A stretch of DNA of 52,149 nt from a virus. Taxonomy: Duplodnaviria; Caudoviricetes. Both the position numbers and the translations under genes were made by a program. The DNA is taken from IMG/VR virus record IMGVR_UViG_3300037756_000051, positions 1 to 52,149 of that record; one strand, written 5' to 3'. The notes beneath the pieces were generated by a model. It ran no database searches and was not told where the DNA came from. It saw only the letters and a list, made by a program, of their open reading frames with translations. This document shows, piece after piece, positions 24,873-34,102 of this stretch. Numbering within the stretch: the stretch's first letter is position 1; every line of letters begins with the position of its first letter.

Positions 24873-25460
24873 ATGATTGGACAAAAGTTCGAATGGCTGA
24901 CGGTTATCGCGGACGCAAGACACGGCTATTGGCGGTGTCGATGCAAATGCGGGAAGGAAACGTCACCGAATGCGACTCATTTGAGATCGGGTCGGGTCAG
25001 ATCCTGCGGGTGTTTGCGAAAGTCTCTCAAGGTTACTCACGGGATGACAGGCTCTCCGTCATACAAAGCTTGGACTGCAATGTTGAAGCGATGCAGAAAC
25101 CCGAACAATGCGCAGTTCCATAACTACGGCGGGCGCGGCATCAGGGTTTGCGAGCGTTGGCAAAAGTTCGAAAATTTCTACGCCGACATGGGCGACAAGC
25201 CAGAAGGAATGTCTCTGGATCGTCATCCGGACCACGATGGCAATTATGAGCCCGGCAATTGCCGCTGGGCCACGCAGACACAGCAGATCAGAAACAAGCG
25301 GAATACGGCTCGCGTGACTTACGAGGGCGAAGAGGTTTCGCTTGCAGAACTATGCGAGCAAAAGGGCCTGAAATTGCGCCGCATCAGGCAGCGCTTGGCC
25401 GCAGGAATGCCGATTGAACGGGCACTAATGCCCGGAAAACACAACCGTTGGAACCCTTAA
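24873..25460 (+). CDS. free-standing HNH-type homing endonuclease-like protein
   Basis: W.CRC.CG...SCGC...THG...W..M..RC...YGGRGI.VC.RW..FENF..DMG..P...SLDR...GNYEPGNCRWAT. Confidence 0.85.
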   Translation: MIGQKFEWLTVIADARHGYWRCRCKCGKETSPNATHLRSGRVRSCGCLRKSLKVTHGMTGSPSYKAWTAMLKRCRNPNNAQFHNYGGRGIRVCERWQKFENFYADMGDKPEGMSLDRHPDHDGNYEPGNCRWATQTQQIRNKRNTARVTYEGEEVSLAELCEQKGLKLRRIRQRLAAGMPIERALMPGKHNRWNP

Positions 25461-26854
25461 TGGCCGCACCAAAATACGATCTGTGTCAATGGAATTATCA
25501 AAATCCCCAAGCCTCCGGGCCTTTGCACGTTCCGATGGTCGTCCTGTGCAATACGCCGGATGAGGAAATCGAAGCCAACGTCCGCGAAAACACGGCAAGG
25601 GATCTGACTTGGCTTGCCGGTGTTGACGCGCATGACGGCATCGCGGTCATGGTCGGCGGCGGGTCGTCGGTTGCAGATCATCTTGACGATATTCGCTGCC
25701 TCGTGAGCGAGGGGGCAACGGTCTTCGCGATGAATGCCGCATCGCAGTATCTGCGCGGGCACGGCATCGCCGTTGACTGGCAGGTGACATGCGACGCCAA
25801 GGCTGAAACCGCCGGTCTCGTCGATCTTGGCGCGCGCGGGCATCTCTTTGCCTCGCACGTCAACCCGGCCACGATCAATGCGGCTTCAGTCCCGAGGCTA
25901 TGGCATAGCGCCATTCATTGCAACGAAGACTGGTTTCCGCCTGAGAAGAAGAAGCGCGGCGGATACGCCCTTCTGGGCGGCGAGGCGTCAACCGGACTTG
26001 GTGCGCTCTGCGTCGCCTACTGTCTCGGCTTCCGCCGCATTGAGATATTCGGCTATGACAGTTGCCACCGTGACGATCAGAGCCATGCCTATCCCCAAGC
26101 GATGAATGGCTCCATACCGGTCATGGCGTTCGCTTGGGCGGGCCGGTGGTTCCAGACCTCGGTCACCATGCGGACGCAGGCGGAGCGCTTCCCGATCACC
26201 GCCCAAGCGCTACAGCAGGCGGGCGCTACGGTAGATGTCTGGGGTGACGGCCTGTTGCAGCATATATGGACCGCGCCGCCGGAGAACCTGACCGAACGGG
26301 ATAAATATTCCAAGATGTGGCAGATCGATGCCTATCGTGCATATTCTCCCGGCGAAGTATGCGCCAACCGTTTTCTTGCCGAGATGAGGATCGACGACAC
26401 TGGCCCGGTGATTGATTTCGGCTGTGGCACCGGACGCGGCGGTCTGGCGCTTACGCGAGCCGGGCTTGATGTCACGCTGACCGACTTCGTCAGCAATTGC
26501 CGTGATGAGGAAGCGCTCGAACTGCCATTTCTGGAATGGGATCTGACGCTCCCTTGCGCGCTTCGCGCTCCCTACGGCTATTGCACAGACGTAATGGAGC
26601 ACATCCCTAGCGAAGATGTTGAGGCCGTACTGACTAACATCATGGCGTCGGCTGAAACCGTGTTTTTCCAGATCTCGACGGTCGATGATGATTTCGGAAG
26701 ACTGTTCCTCAACCAGCCGCTGCATCTCAGCGTGCACCCGCATGACTGGTGGCTTGGACTATTCGGATCGCTCGGCTTTGAGGTCCGCAACGCCATCGAC
26801 AACGAAAACGCATCAATTTTTATCGTGACTAGAAAATCGGCGCTAGCAGCTTAG
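25460..26854 (+). CDS. MptE/Maf(DUF115)-like domain fused to a class I SAM methyltransferase
   Basis: N-terminal VGGGSS..FAMN...D...FGYDSC; C-terminal IDFGCGTGRG...CTDVMEHIP. Confidence 0.65.
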   Translation: MAAPKYDLCQWNYQNPQASGPLHVPMVVLCNTPDEEIEANVRENTARDLTWLAGVDAHDGIAVMVGGGSSVADHLDDIRCLVSEGATVFAMNAASQYLRGHGIAVDWQVTCDAKAETAGLVDLGARGHLFASHVNPATINAASVPRLWHSAIHCNEDWFPPEKKKRGGYALLGGEASTGLGALCVAYCLGFRRIEIFGYDSCHRDDQSHAYPQAMNGSIPVMAFAWAGRWFQTSVTMRTQAERFPITAQALQQAGATVDVWGDGLLQHIWTAPPENLTERDKYSKMWQIDAYRAYSPGEVCANRFLAEMRIDDTGPVIDFGCGTGRGGLALTRAGLDVTLTDFVSNCRDEEALELPFLEWDLTLPCALRAPYGYCTDVMEHIPSEDVEAVLTNIMASAETVFFQISTVDDDFGRLFLNQPLHLSVHPHDWWLGLFGSLGFEVRNAIDNENASIFIVTRKSALAA

Positions 26855-26866
26855 GAGGCTGAGACG

Positions 26867-27505
26867 ATGACTATAATTGACAAGAAGAAATGGTTCGATG
26901 TTCCCGACAGCGGATCAAAGGACGATCAGGGGGAAATCTTTTACAATGTCGAGGCCCGCTTCGGCGACCATCCGATTCTGGATGTGAAGGCCAGCAAGGC
27001 TGCCCGGCACAATGTCTATTTCTATGGCCCTGTCCTGCATATGCGGGTCAAGCGGACATCGCTCAATTCAAGAGCGATCAAGAACTGCTACTCGGTCGTC
27101 ATGCGTTTCGACAAGGGCGAGGAGGACATCCGTATCGAGCAGGGCATCGCCCCCAATGGACAAAGCGTGCCGGTAAGGGTCGGCAATCCTGGCATGGGCA
27201 AGGAAAACTTCAATAGGGCTTGCAAGCTCATCGTCCGATGCTGGGACGCGTGGGAGCATTACCAGAAGTTCCGCAAATCCGCCGTGACGCCCCTAGAGCA
27301 GGAAGCCATTGCGATCGTTTCGCAGTCCCCGAACAAGGTGAAGAGCCGCCTTATGGTCGATCGTGAAGGCAAGCTCATGGAAGTCGATCCAGTCCGCGAA
27401 GAGGAAGCCGAGGACGAACCGGATTTCACGCCGGAAATGGGGGCGGAGATCATCTCCAGCCCGGAGCCAGCGGCGAAGGTGAAGAGGCGCAGGAAAGCGG
27501 CGTGA
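26867..27505 (+). CDS. hypothetical head-region protein
   Basis: AGGAGG RBS. Confidence 0.55.
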   Translation: MTIIDKKKWFDVPDSGSKDDQGEIFYNVEARFGDHPILDVKASKAARHNVYFYGPVLHMRVKRTSLNSRAIKNCYSVVMRFDKGEEDIRIEQGIAPNGQSVPVRVGNPGMGKENFNRACKLIVRCWDAWEHYQKFRKSAVTPLEQEAIAIVSQSPNKVKSRLMVDREGKLMEVDPVREEEAEDEPDFTPEMGAEIISSPEPAAKVKRRRKAA

Positions 27506-27705
27506 ACGAACTGGATCAGGTCACGGAATTTGTGAACAGGCAGGCACGCGAGGCAAAGATGGCCTACGACATTTTTCGCGGCTCATATAGAGCAACTGAG
27601 GTTCCACACTGGAATGATCTGCCCGTGTGGATAAGGGATGCGTTGATCCATGCTCACAAGTTCGGCGAGATCAACAATGCGTGGCGAATGAAGGATAGAC
27701 GATGA
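27502..27705 (+). CDS. hypothetical protein
   Basis: Overlaps both neighbours by 4 nt. Confidence 0.45.
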   Translation: MNELDQVTEFVNRQAREAKMAYDIFRGSYRATEVPHWNDLPVWIRDALIHAHKFGEINNAWRMKDRR

Positions 27706-28424
27706 CGCTTAATTTGCTGCAAATTTGCACTCGCGGTCTCGACGAGATTTCGTCATTTAACGTTCCAAACAACATCATCGGCAATAGCGACGATACCGCC
27801 AAGACGCTGCTGGCGGCGGCCTATAAAACGGGCGAAGAGCTGGTGCGCGAATACGACTGGCAGGAGTTGAGCAAGACGGCCACGGTGTTGACCGTGGCCT
27901 CCACATCGCTTTACGATCTGGAAAGTGATTACGAACGCATTGCGCCGGATACGATGTGGAACAATTCCGAAGCGCGCTACATGCGCGGCCACACGACTAG
28001 GCGCAAATGGGCGGCGATCACCAACGCCTCGGTCTATTCCAGCTTCACCTATGACTGGCGGCTGAAGGGCGGGCAGATCCAGGTCTTCCCGACGCCTTCC
28101 AGCGTGTTCACGTTCAACTATGAGTATCTCTCCAACATCTATTGCACCGACAGTGCTGGGGTCGACAGGGCGGACGGATGGGTCAGCGATACCGATCTGC
28201 CGACACTGCCGCAGGATCTCTTCATCTACGGTATCCGCTATTATTTTGCCGACAGCAAGACGCTCGCCAACGCCACGAAATGGGGCGCTGAGTATTACGA
28301 CCTGATCGAAACGCGCCAGAACACCGATGTCCCCGGCGAACGTGTCAACATGGCCGCAAGCGTCAGAGCGCCGCGCGGCCAGTTGCGGCGTCTCAACATC
28401 CCCGATATTATAACGGGCTACTGA
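27702..28424 (+). CDS. head-tail adaptor (tail tubular A-like)
   Basis: Size, position before the nozzle, LLQI...WQEL...Y.L..DY pattern. Confidence 0.65.
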   Translation: MTLNLLQICTRGLDEISSFNVPNNIIGNSDDTAKTLLAAAYKTGEELVREYDWQELSKTATVLTVASTSLYDLESDYERIAPDTMWNNSEARYMRGHTTRRKWAAITNASVYSSFTYDWRLKGGQIQVFPTPSSVFTFNYEYLSNIYCTDSAGVDRADGWVSDTDLPTLPQDLFIYGIRYYFADSKTLANATKWGAEYYDLIETRQNTDVPGERVNMAASVRAPRGQLRRLNIPDIITGY

Positions 28425-28428
28425 TCAT

Positions 28429-29952
28429 ATGCGCCCGCTTCCGGCCAAGATGATCCGCCTTCAGCAGAAGGCGCAGAAATTCGCCGTGCTTCAACAGGTC
28501 CGCGGCCAGTCCATCCCGATCCCGGCCCCGACCGAGGGCATGAACACCCGCGATGGCGTGTCGAGTCTGAGCCCGACCGAATGTCGATCGCTGCGCAATA
28601 TGCTGGCCGAACGCGGCAAATGCGTGATCCGCAAGGGCAAGACCTCGCACCAGACGGTTAGCGCCGTGTCGTCGATCGGCATGATGTTCACGCATGAGGG
28701 CGTCAGCGCCAATGTGATCCTTGCAGCGGCCGGCGGCGAGATTTACAATGTTACCGGAACGCCGTCAGCACTGACCAGCAACACTTACAACAGCGATGTC
28801 TGGTCGGTCGTGCAATTCAACGACACGACAATCGGCGTCAACGGGCAAGACACGCCATGGGCTTATGATGGCTCTACGGTCGGCGCATCCGGCCTCTCCG
28901 GCTCCGGGCTGACGATCACCAATCTGCGCACGGTCCATGTCGTCGGCGTGCGGATGTGGTTCACCGAAGTCGCCAGCGCCGATGTCTGGTATCTTGCGCC
29001 CAACGCCATTACCGGTGTGCTGACGAAATTCCAGCTATCCCAAGAGACCAAGGGCGGCTATTGCGTCGGCATCTACGAATACGGGCCTCTTGCGATTTTC
29101 ATCATGTCCACCGGGGAAATCGTCACCTATCAAGGCGATCCGGGGACGGATTTCGCCCAGGCAAAAACCTATCAGGCCCCGATTCCTGTGGGGTACGATC
29201 CGGCCATTGACGTCAATGGCGAGCCGGTGATCATGACGGACTCAGGGCCGCTGCCATTCGAGGCAATCGCACGTGGGCTAGACGATAATGCCGTCGATCA
29301 GGGGCCATGGGGCAAGATCACGCCGTCATGGGCGGCGGATTTTGAGAGTTATGGCTCCAATGCCGGATGGAACGCGGTGTTCTTCAAGGGCCTCGTGATC
29401 CTCAATCTGCAAGTCGATAGCACGACCAGCAAACAGTGGGTTTTCAACACGCGTACCAAGAGTTGGTCATTTTTCGACGATCTGGATGGCTACCAGTTCA
29501 CGGAAAGCGGCGGCGTGCTGTATTTCGGCGACAAGGGATCAGGCGAAATATTCACCCATACCGGCGGAACGAATGATGGCGATTCGATCGTCGGCACGAT
29601 CCGAGGCGGCTTTATCTATCCGTTCCAATCCCAAGTCAATGGCCAATACACGCTTGCGCGCCTGAACGTTGAGGCAACCGGCACAGTCACGGGGCAAATC
29701 CAGGTTGATACGGATTACCGCGAGCTGGGCATTAATGCGCCTGAAATCCCGCTTGCTTCGTCCGGCTCTGGGCCGTGGGGCGAGCCGTGGGGATCGCCGT
29801 GGGGCACGAATGGCCAGCCAATCCTGAAATGGTCTAGCGTCAAGGGCTTCGGGCGCTCGGTTGCCCCTGTCGTACAGTTCAATTCGCAGGCTGATGACCT
29901 TGCCTATTACGGCATCGATCTGATTGCTGCGCAATGTGGCGTGACGGGGTAG
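28429..29952 (+). CDS. tail nozzle / DNA stabilization protein (P22 gp10-like)
   Basis: PAPTEG.N.RD N-terminus, beta-rich, GE...YQG.PG, QWVFNT.T..W. Confidence 0.7.
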   Translation: MRPLPAKMIRLQQKAQKFAVLQQVRGQSIPIPAPTEGMNTRDGVSSLSPTECRSLRNMLAERGKCVIRKGKTSHQTVSAVSSIGMMFTHEGVSANVILAAAGGEIYNVTGTPSALTSNTYNSDVWSVVQFNDTTIGVNGQDTPWAYDGSTVGASGLSGSGLTITNLRTVHVVGVRMWFTEVASADVWYLAPNAITGVLTKFQLSQETKGGYCVGIYEYGPLAIFIMSTGEIVTYQGDPGTDFAQAKTYQAPIPVGYDPAIDVNGEPVIMTDSGPLPFEAIARGLDDNAVDQGPWGKITPSWAADFESYGSNAGWNAVFFKGLVILNLQVDSTTSKQWVFNTRTKSWSFFDDLDGYQFTESGGVLYFGDKGSGEIFTHTGGTNDGDSIVGTIRGGFIYPFQSQVNGQYTLARLNVEATGTVTGQIQVDTDYRELGINAPEIPLASSGSGPWGEPWGSPWGTNGQPILKWSSVKGFGRSVAPVVQFNSQADDLAYYGIDLIAAQCGVTG

Positions 29953-29988
29953 ACTGACATCCTCCCCGGTGGATAAAGGAATAAGGCA

Positions 29989-30453
29989 TTGGATAAGAAT
30001 AACCCTTATGCACGGACAAAGACTTTCGGCAATGGACAGCCAGCATACGGCTTTGGCGAGGGATTTGGTCGCTACCTTGGTTTGCTAGATGGCGAGTCGA
30101 GTGCGCCTCCACAGGCTGCATCGCCAGTATCACAATCATATGGTAGCATAAACCCGATGAAGGTCTTGCCGCCTTCAGCCTTCGGAAGGAATGATCAAGC
30201 ATCAGCCTCAGATTTTAATGACTTCCTGTCTCGCCTTTCTGGTGGCGTGGGGACACAACCCGTGCCACCATCTCCATCCCCATTGATGCCGGGTCCAGCA
30301 GACATGATGGATTGGCGATCAGTCCCATATCAGGCAGGTCCATCAAGATTGCAGGCGATGTCAAGCCCCGTGATGCCGAAGGATTACCCTGAATCCAGCA
30401 TGGCTCGGCTCAGTGCTGTGCTTCGCGGTGGGAGGCGTGACGGGCTAACTTGA
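29989..30453 (+). CDS. low-complexity protein ending in the shared MPKDY...MARL..VLRG peptide
   Basis: AAGGA RBS, TTG start, TGATG coupling to the next gene. Confidence 0.5.
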   Translation: MDKNNPYARTKTFGNGQPAYGFGEGFGRYLGLLDGESSAPPQAASPVSQSYGSINPMKVLPPSAFGRNDQASASDFNDFLSRLSGGVGTQPVPPSPSPLMPGPADMMDWRSVPYQAGPSRLQAMSSPVMPKDYPESSMARLSAVLRGGRRDGLT

Positions 30454-31736
30454 TGCCGCGAGATTATGCTGAAACCGGCATGGATCGCCTCAGGGCGGCG
30501 CTTCGCGGTTCGCCGGAAGACGATTTTGCCTATGGCGAGGGTATCCCCGAAGATGCGACATGGCGCAACCTTCTGCCCATGGCTGAATTCGGTCTCGGTA
30601 TGGCTCCGGTCTCTGGAGAGGCTATAGCTGCGCGCGACGCGTGGGACGCCTCGGGACGGGCCGGGAACGCGCTTCTGAGCGGCGATTACGGGGAAGCCGC
30701 CTCAGATTACCTGAACATGGGAACCGGCCTTCTCGGCGCAATCCCCGGCGCTGGCATCATCGCACGCGGCACGAAACGCGGTGCTGCATGGATGGACCGG
30801 AATTTGCCGGAAGGGTTTAACCGGCTGCTGGACTCTGTGTATCCGCAAGGCTACGTGCCGAATGATACGGCAGCCGCCTTTCCAGGTTGGCACGGCTCGC
30901 CGCATGATTACCCGGCCGAACGTCTGGTCCGCAAGCAGGACGGTACGACCGAATTCATTTCCGGCCAGCCTGATGTCCTTCCTGACATCCCGCCCGGCCA
31001 TGATCTGATCCAGGATTTTCCGCTTGGCCGCATGCGATTGGACAAGATCGGGACGGGAGAAGGCGCGCAGGTCTATGGCCATGGGCTTTATCTTGCGGAA
31101 AATCCGGCAGTTGCGCAAGAATATCAAAAAGCCCTCGTAAAGAAACAGCCAATTCCACAGGATGCAATACCTGAAGGCGGCGATTATTATGCAAAGTTAA
31201 AGTATGAATTCCCGCCTGATGCATTAGAAACAGCAGAAAAGAAATTAAGGGCATCCATTGAGGATATGAAGGATGCAGCCGGTGACGCTCGTTTCCCCTA
31301 CCGTCAAGAAGCTGCAATAGCGGATTTACCCAGACTGCACAAAGAACTTGAAACCCTTGAACAGGTCAAGGCATTGCCGGGCGGCACGCGCCAAGGCAAT
31401 CTCTACCGCGCAGAGATCGACGCAGAGCCTGAAGACCTACTGGATTGGGATCTGCCGCTCAATCAGCAGAGTGAGAAGATACAAAGTATCGTAAGGCCGC
31501 TTTTTACCAAGGAAAACGGACTTGGCCACATTCAGGACATTGATCACCTGCCCGGCGAGAATATTGTCAAACTGCTAACGTTCGGTCTCAAGCCAGACGG
31601 TACAGCAGCGGCACTCCGCGAAGCGGGTATCCCCGGCATTCGCTATCTGGATCAGATGTCACGCGATGCTGGCGAAGGATCGCGAAATTTCGTCATCTTC
31701 GACGACAAGCTGGTTAAGATGCTGGGCAAAGAGTGA
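30453..31736 (+). CDS. cassette A: shared N-terminal region + ADP-ribosyltransferase-like (polyvalent-protein type) domain
   Basis: WHGSPH...KIGTGEGAQVYGHGLYLAE...GIPGIRYLD...NFVIFD. Confidence 0.6.
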   Translation: MPRDYAETGMDRLRAALRGSPEDDFAYGEGIPEDATWRNLLPMAEFGLGMAPVSGEAIAARDAWDASGRAGNALLSGDYGEAASDYLNMGTGLLGAIPGAGIIARGTKRGAAWMDRNLPEGFNRLLDSVYPQGYVPNDTAAAFPGWHGSPHDYPAERLVRKQDGTTEFISGQPDVLPDIPPGHDLIQDFPLGRMRLDKIGTGEGAQVYGHGLYLAENPAVAQEYQKALVKKQPIPQDAIPEGGDYYAKLKYEFPPDALETAEKKLRASIEDMKDAAGDARFPYRQEAAIADLPRLHKELETLEQVKALPGGTRQGNLYRAEIDAEPEDLLDWDLPLNQQSEKIQSIVRPLFTKENGLGHIQDIDHLPGENIVKLLTFGLKPDGTAAALREAGIPGIRYLDQMSRDAGEGSRNFVIFDDKLVKMLGKE

Positions 31737-32914
31737 TGCCGAAAGACTATGCCGAGACGGGGATGGAGCGGTTAAGGACTGCGCTCAAAGGGTCTTTCAC
31801 ACCGGGAAGCCGCGAGTGGTACGCCGATCAAATCTACGGAACTGGCGTACCTGCCGACGTTGAGCAGAAGCGGGCGGAATCCGCCGACTTTATCGCGTCC
31901 ATGACGCCGGTAATCGGGGAAGGCATGGCGCTCCGGGATGCGTGGGCCGCGTCCGGCAGGGGCGGACAGGCACTCACACAGGGAGACATGCAAGGCGCGG
32001 CGGGCGAATATATGAACCTGCTGTCTTCGCTTGCGGGCGGGCTTCTGCCGCTCTCGGTGCAGAAACTCACGTCTGCCGCCATGCCGTCCGATCCGAAAAA
32101 CACGACGATGATTTTTGCGGGGCCGACCGCGAAAACGGCGGATCATGCTGCGCTTGCCAAGGCTCAGGAGATGAAAGCACAAGGCGCATCGCGTGCTGAC
32201 ATCTGGCGTGAAACCGGCTGGGATCTGGAAAAGGCAGATCAGATTCCACGGTTCGAGATCGATGATAGCAAAAGCCTTTATGATCAAAATGCTTACAAGG
32301 AACTGAAAGAATCCGCAGAGTTTGACGGTAGAACCTACAATCCGTCGTTTGATAACGCGCAACTTGATTTTGTCCTAGACCACGATCAGCTATACTCAGC
32401 TTATCCAGACATGGGTGAAATGCCTTTAGCATTTTTTCCTAATCAAGGCGCTATGCGAGGCGAATATGGTGGCCTAAGTCATAAAAGCGGTATGGCGCTA
32501 CGCAATGACTTAGATGATGCGACGGGACGGTCCACTGCGCTCCATGAGGCGCAGCACGCAGTTCAAGGTCGAGAAGGCTTCCCGCGCGGCGGATCACAGA
32601 CAGGCCCTTATCAAGCTGGCGAACGAGACACTCTAATACGGCAGGAGTTTAATCGTCGCAAGAAAGGCGCGATCGACAATCCATATCTCGATAGCGTGCC
32701 GACCGATGCGCAGATCATGGAAGAGGCTAAGTCATTTGTTGATAGCCCTGTCGGCAGAGAGCTTGCTTACAGGCGTCTCGCAGGCGAGGTCGAAGCCCGC
32801 AACGTCCAGTCCCGCATGAACATGACCGCCCCCGAGCGCCGCGCCACTCCCCCGTGGGAAACGCAGGACGTTCCAGACGACCAGCAGATCGTGCGATTTG
32901 GTGGAAATAAGTAA
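31736..32914 (+). CDS. cassette B: shared N-terminal region + LPD23-like / HExxH metallopeptidase domain
   Basis: IWRETGW...RFEIDDS...L.H.QLY.AYP...HEAQHAVQ..EGF..GG...YRRLAGEVEARNV. Confidence 0.65.
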   Translation: MPKDYAETGMERLRTALKGSFTPGSREWYADQIYGTGVPADVEQKRAESADFIASMTPVIGEGMALRDAWAASGRGGQALTQGDMQGAAGEYMNLLSSLAGGLLPLSVQKLTSAAMPSDPKNTTMIFAGPTAKTADHAALAKAQEMKAQGASRADIWRETGWDLEKADQIPRFEIDDSKSLYDQNAYKELKESAEFDGRTYNPSFDNAQLDFVLDHDQLYSAYPDMGEMPLAFFPNQGAMRGEYGGLSHKSGMALRNDLDDATGRSTALHEAQHAVQGREGFPRGGSQTGPYQAGERDTLIRQEFNRRKKGAIDNPYLDSVPTDAQIMEEAKSFVDSPVGRELAYRRLAGEVEARNVQSRMNMTAPERRATPPWETQDVPDDQQIVRFGGNK

Positions 32915-34077
32915 TGCGGGTCGCTACCTACAAATACCGGCTCTTGCCGACGCGGAAACAGCACGAGGCACTTGTAGCAATACTCGACGCGCAGCGCGCG
33001 CTCTACAACGCCGCGCTTGCTGAGCGTATCGACTGCTACCGCAAAACCGGGCGGACCATTTCTTATATCGATCAAAGCAGATCTTTGACCGAATGCCGCA
33101 AGCAGATCCCGGAGATGGCGGACGCTCCGCTCTGCATCCAGCGCGGCACGCTCAAACGTCTGGACGAAGCGTATAAAGGGTTCTTCCGTCGTGTGAAGTC
33201 GCGCAACGGCAAAGCTGGCTTTCCCCGGTTCCGTGGTAAGGGATGGTTCAACAGTTTTGACTTCAACGAAATGTACGGCATCCGCTTCGACGGCAAGCGC
33301 CTGCGTTTAAAATCAATGCCATCCGGCTTGCGTGTCCATCTTCACCGTCCGATGCCGCAAGGCAAAATCCTCACCGCCAAATTCAAGCGCGATCACAAGG
33401 GTTGGTCCGTCTGCTTGGCGATTCGCGTTGAGATGCCGGAGAAATGCGTTGTTCAATCGGCCATCGGCCTTGACGTTGGCCTGAAGGCTTTCGCCTATCA
33501 GAGCGATGGCATTGTCATCCCCAACCCGAGGATTGCTCGCCGAGCAGAGCGCGAAATGCGTCGTCGCCAGCGGGCGCTCTCGCGTTGCAAGCGCGGATCG
33601 AATTGCCGCCGCAAGGTCAAGCGCGAAGTGTCGCGCCAACACGCGAAGATCCTCAACACCCGCACGACGTGGCTGCATCAGCAGTCGGCGCGGATCGCGA
33701 ATTCCTATGACCTGATTGTCGCCGAAGATCTCAACATCAAAGGCATGGTCAGAAACAAACACCTGTCCCGCTCGATCTCGGATGCGAGCTGGTCGCGGTT
33801 CTTCGAAATGTTGTCTTACAAGGCTGAGAGAGCCGGTTCGATATTCATCAAGGTCAATCCGAGAAACACATCGCAGAACTGTTCGGGATGCGGAGAGAAG
33901 GTTCCGAAATCCTTGGCCGTGCGGACGCATAGCTGTCCGCATTGCGGCCTCGTAATCGACCGGGACTGGAACGCCAGCCTGAACATTCTGCACGCCGCTG
34001 TAGTGGGTGGCGGGTTCGATAACGTAGGCGGTTACGTCAAGCGTCGAACCGGAAAACTCACGGAGATAACGAAGTGA
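32914..34077 (+). CDS. tnpB: IS200/IS605-family TnpB (solo, no tnpA)
   Basis: YKYRL.P...LYN.AL N-terminus; RuvC IGLDVG, VAEDL, DRDWNA intact; CSGC...CPHC zinc finger. Confidence 0.93.
   Translation: MRVATYKYRLLPTRKQHEALVAILDAQRALYNAALAERIDCYRKTGRTISYIDQSRSLTECRKQIPEMADAPLCIQRGTLKRLDEAYKGFFRRVKSRNGKAGFPRFRGKGWFNSFDFNEMYGIRFDGKRLRLKSMPSGLRVHLHRPMPQGKILTAKFKRDHKGWSVCLAIRVEMPEKCVVQSAIGLDVGLKAFAYQSDGIVIPNPRIARRAEREMRRRQRALSRCKRGSNCRRKVKREVSRQHAKILNTRTTWLHQQSARIANSYDLIVAEDLNIKGMVRNKHLSRSISDASWSRFFEMLSYKAERAGSIFIKVNPRNTSQNCSGCGEKVPKSLAVRTHSCPHCGLVIDRDWNASLNILHAAVVGGGFDNVGGYVKRRTGKLTEITK
33993..34060 (+). ncRNA. probable omega RNA scaffold overlapping the tnpB 3' end
   Basis: GCCGCT/GGTGGC and GGTTCGA...TCGAACC stems ending GGAAAACTCA. 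Boundary inferred. Confidence 0.45.
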
Positions 34078-34102
34078 GACACTACCAGATAGTAAGGTTC
34101 AG

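Noticed and set aside
32914-34077. Nuclease-dead TnpB repressor (TldR-like) or Cas12f
   Set aside because: All three RuvC acidic residues are present and there is no CRISPR array.
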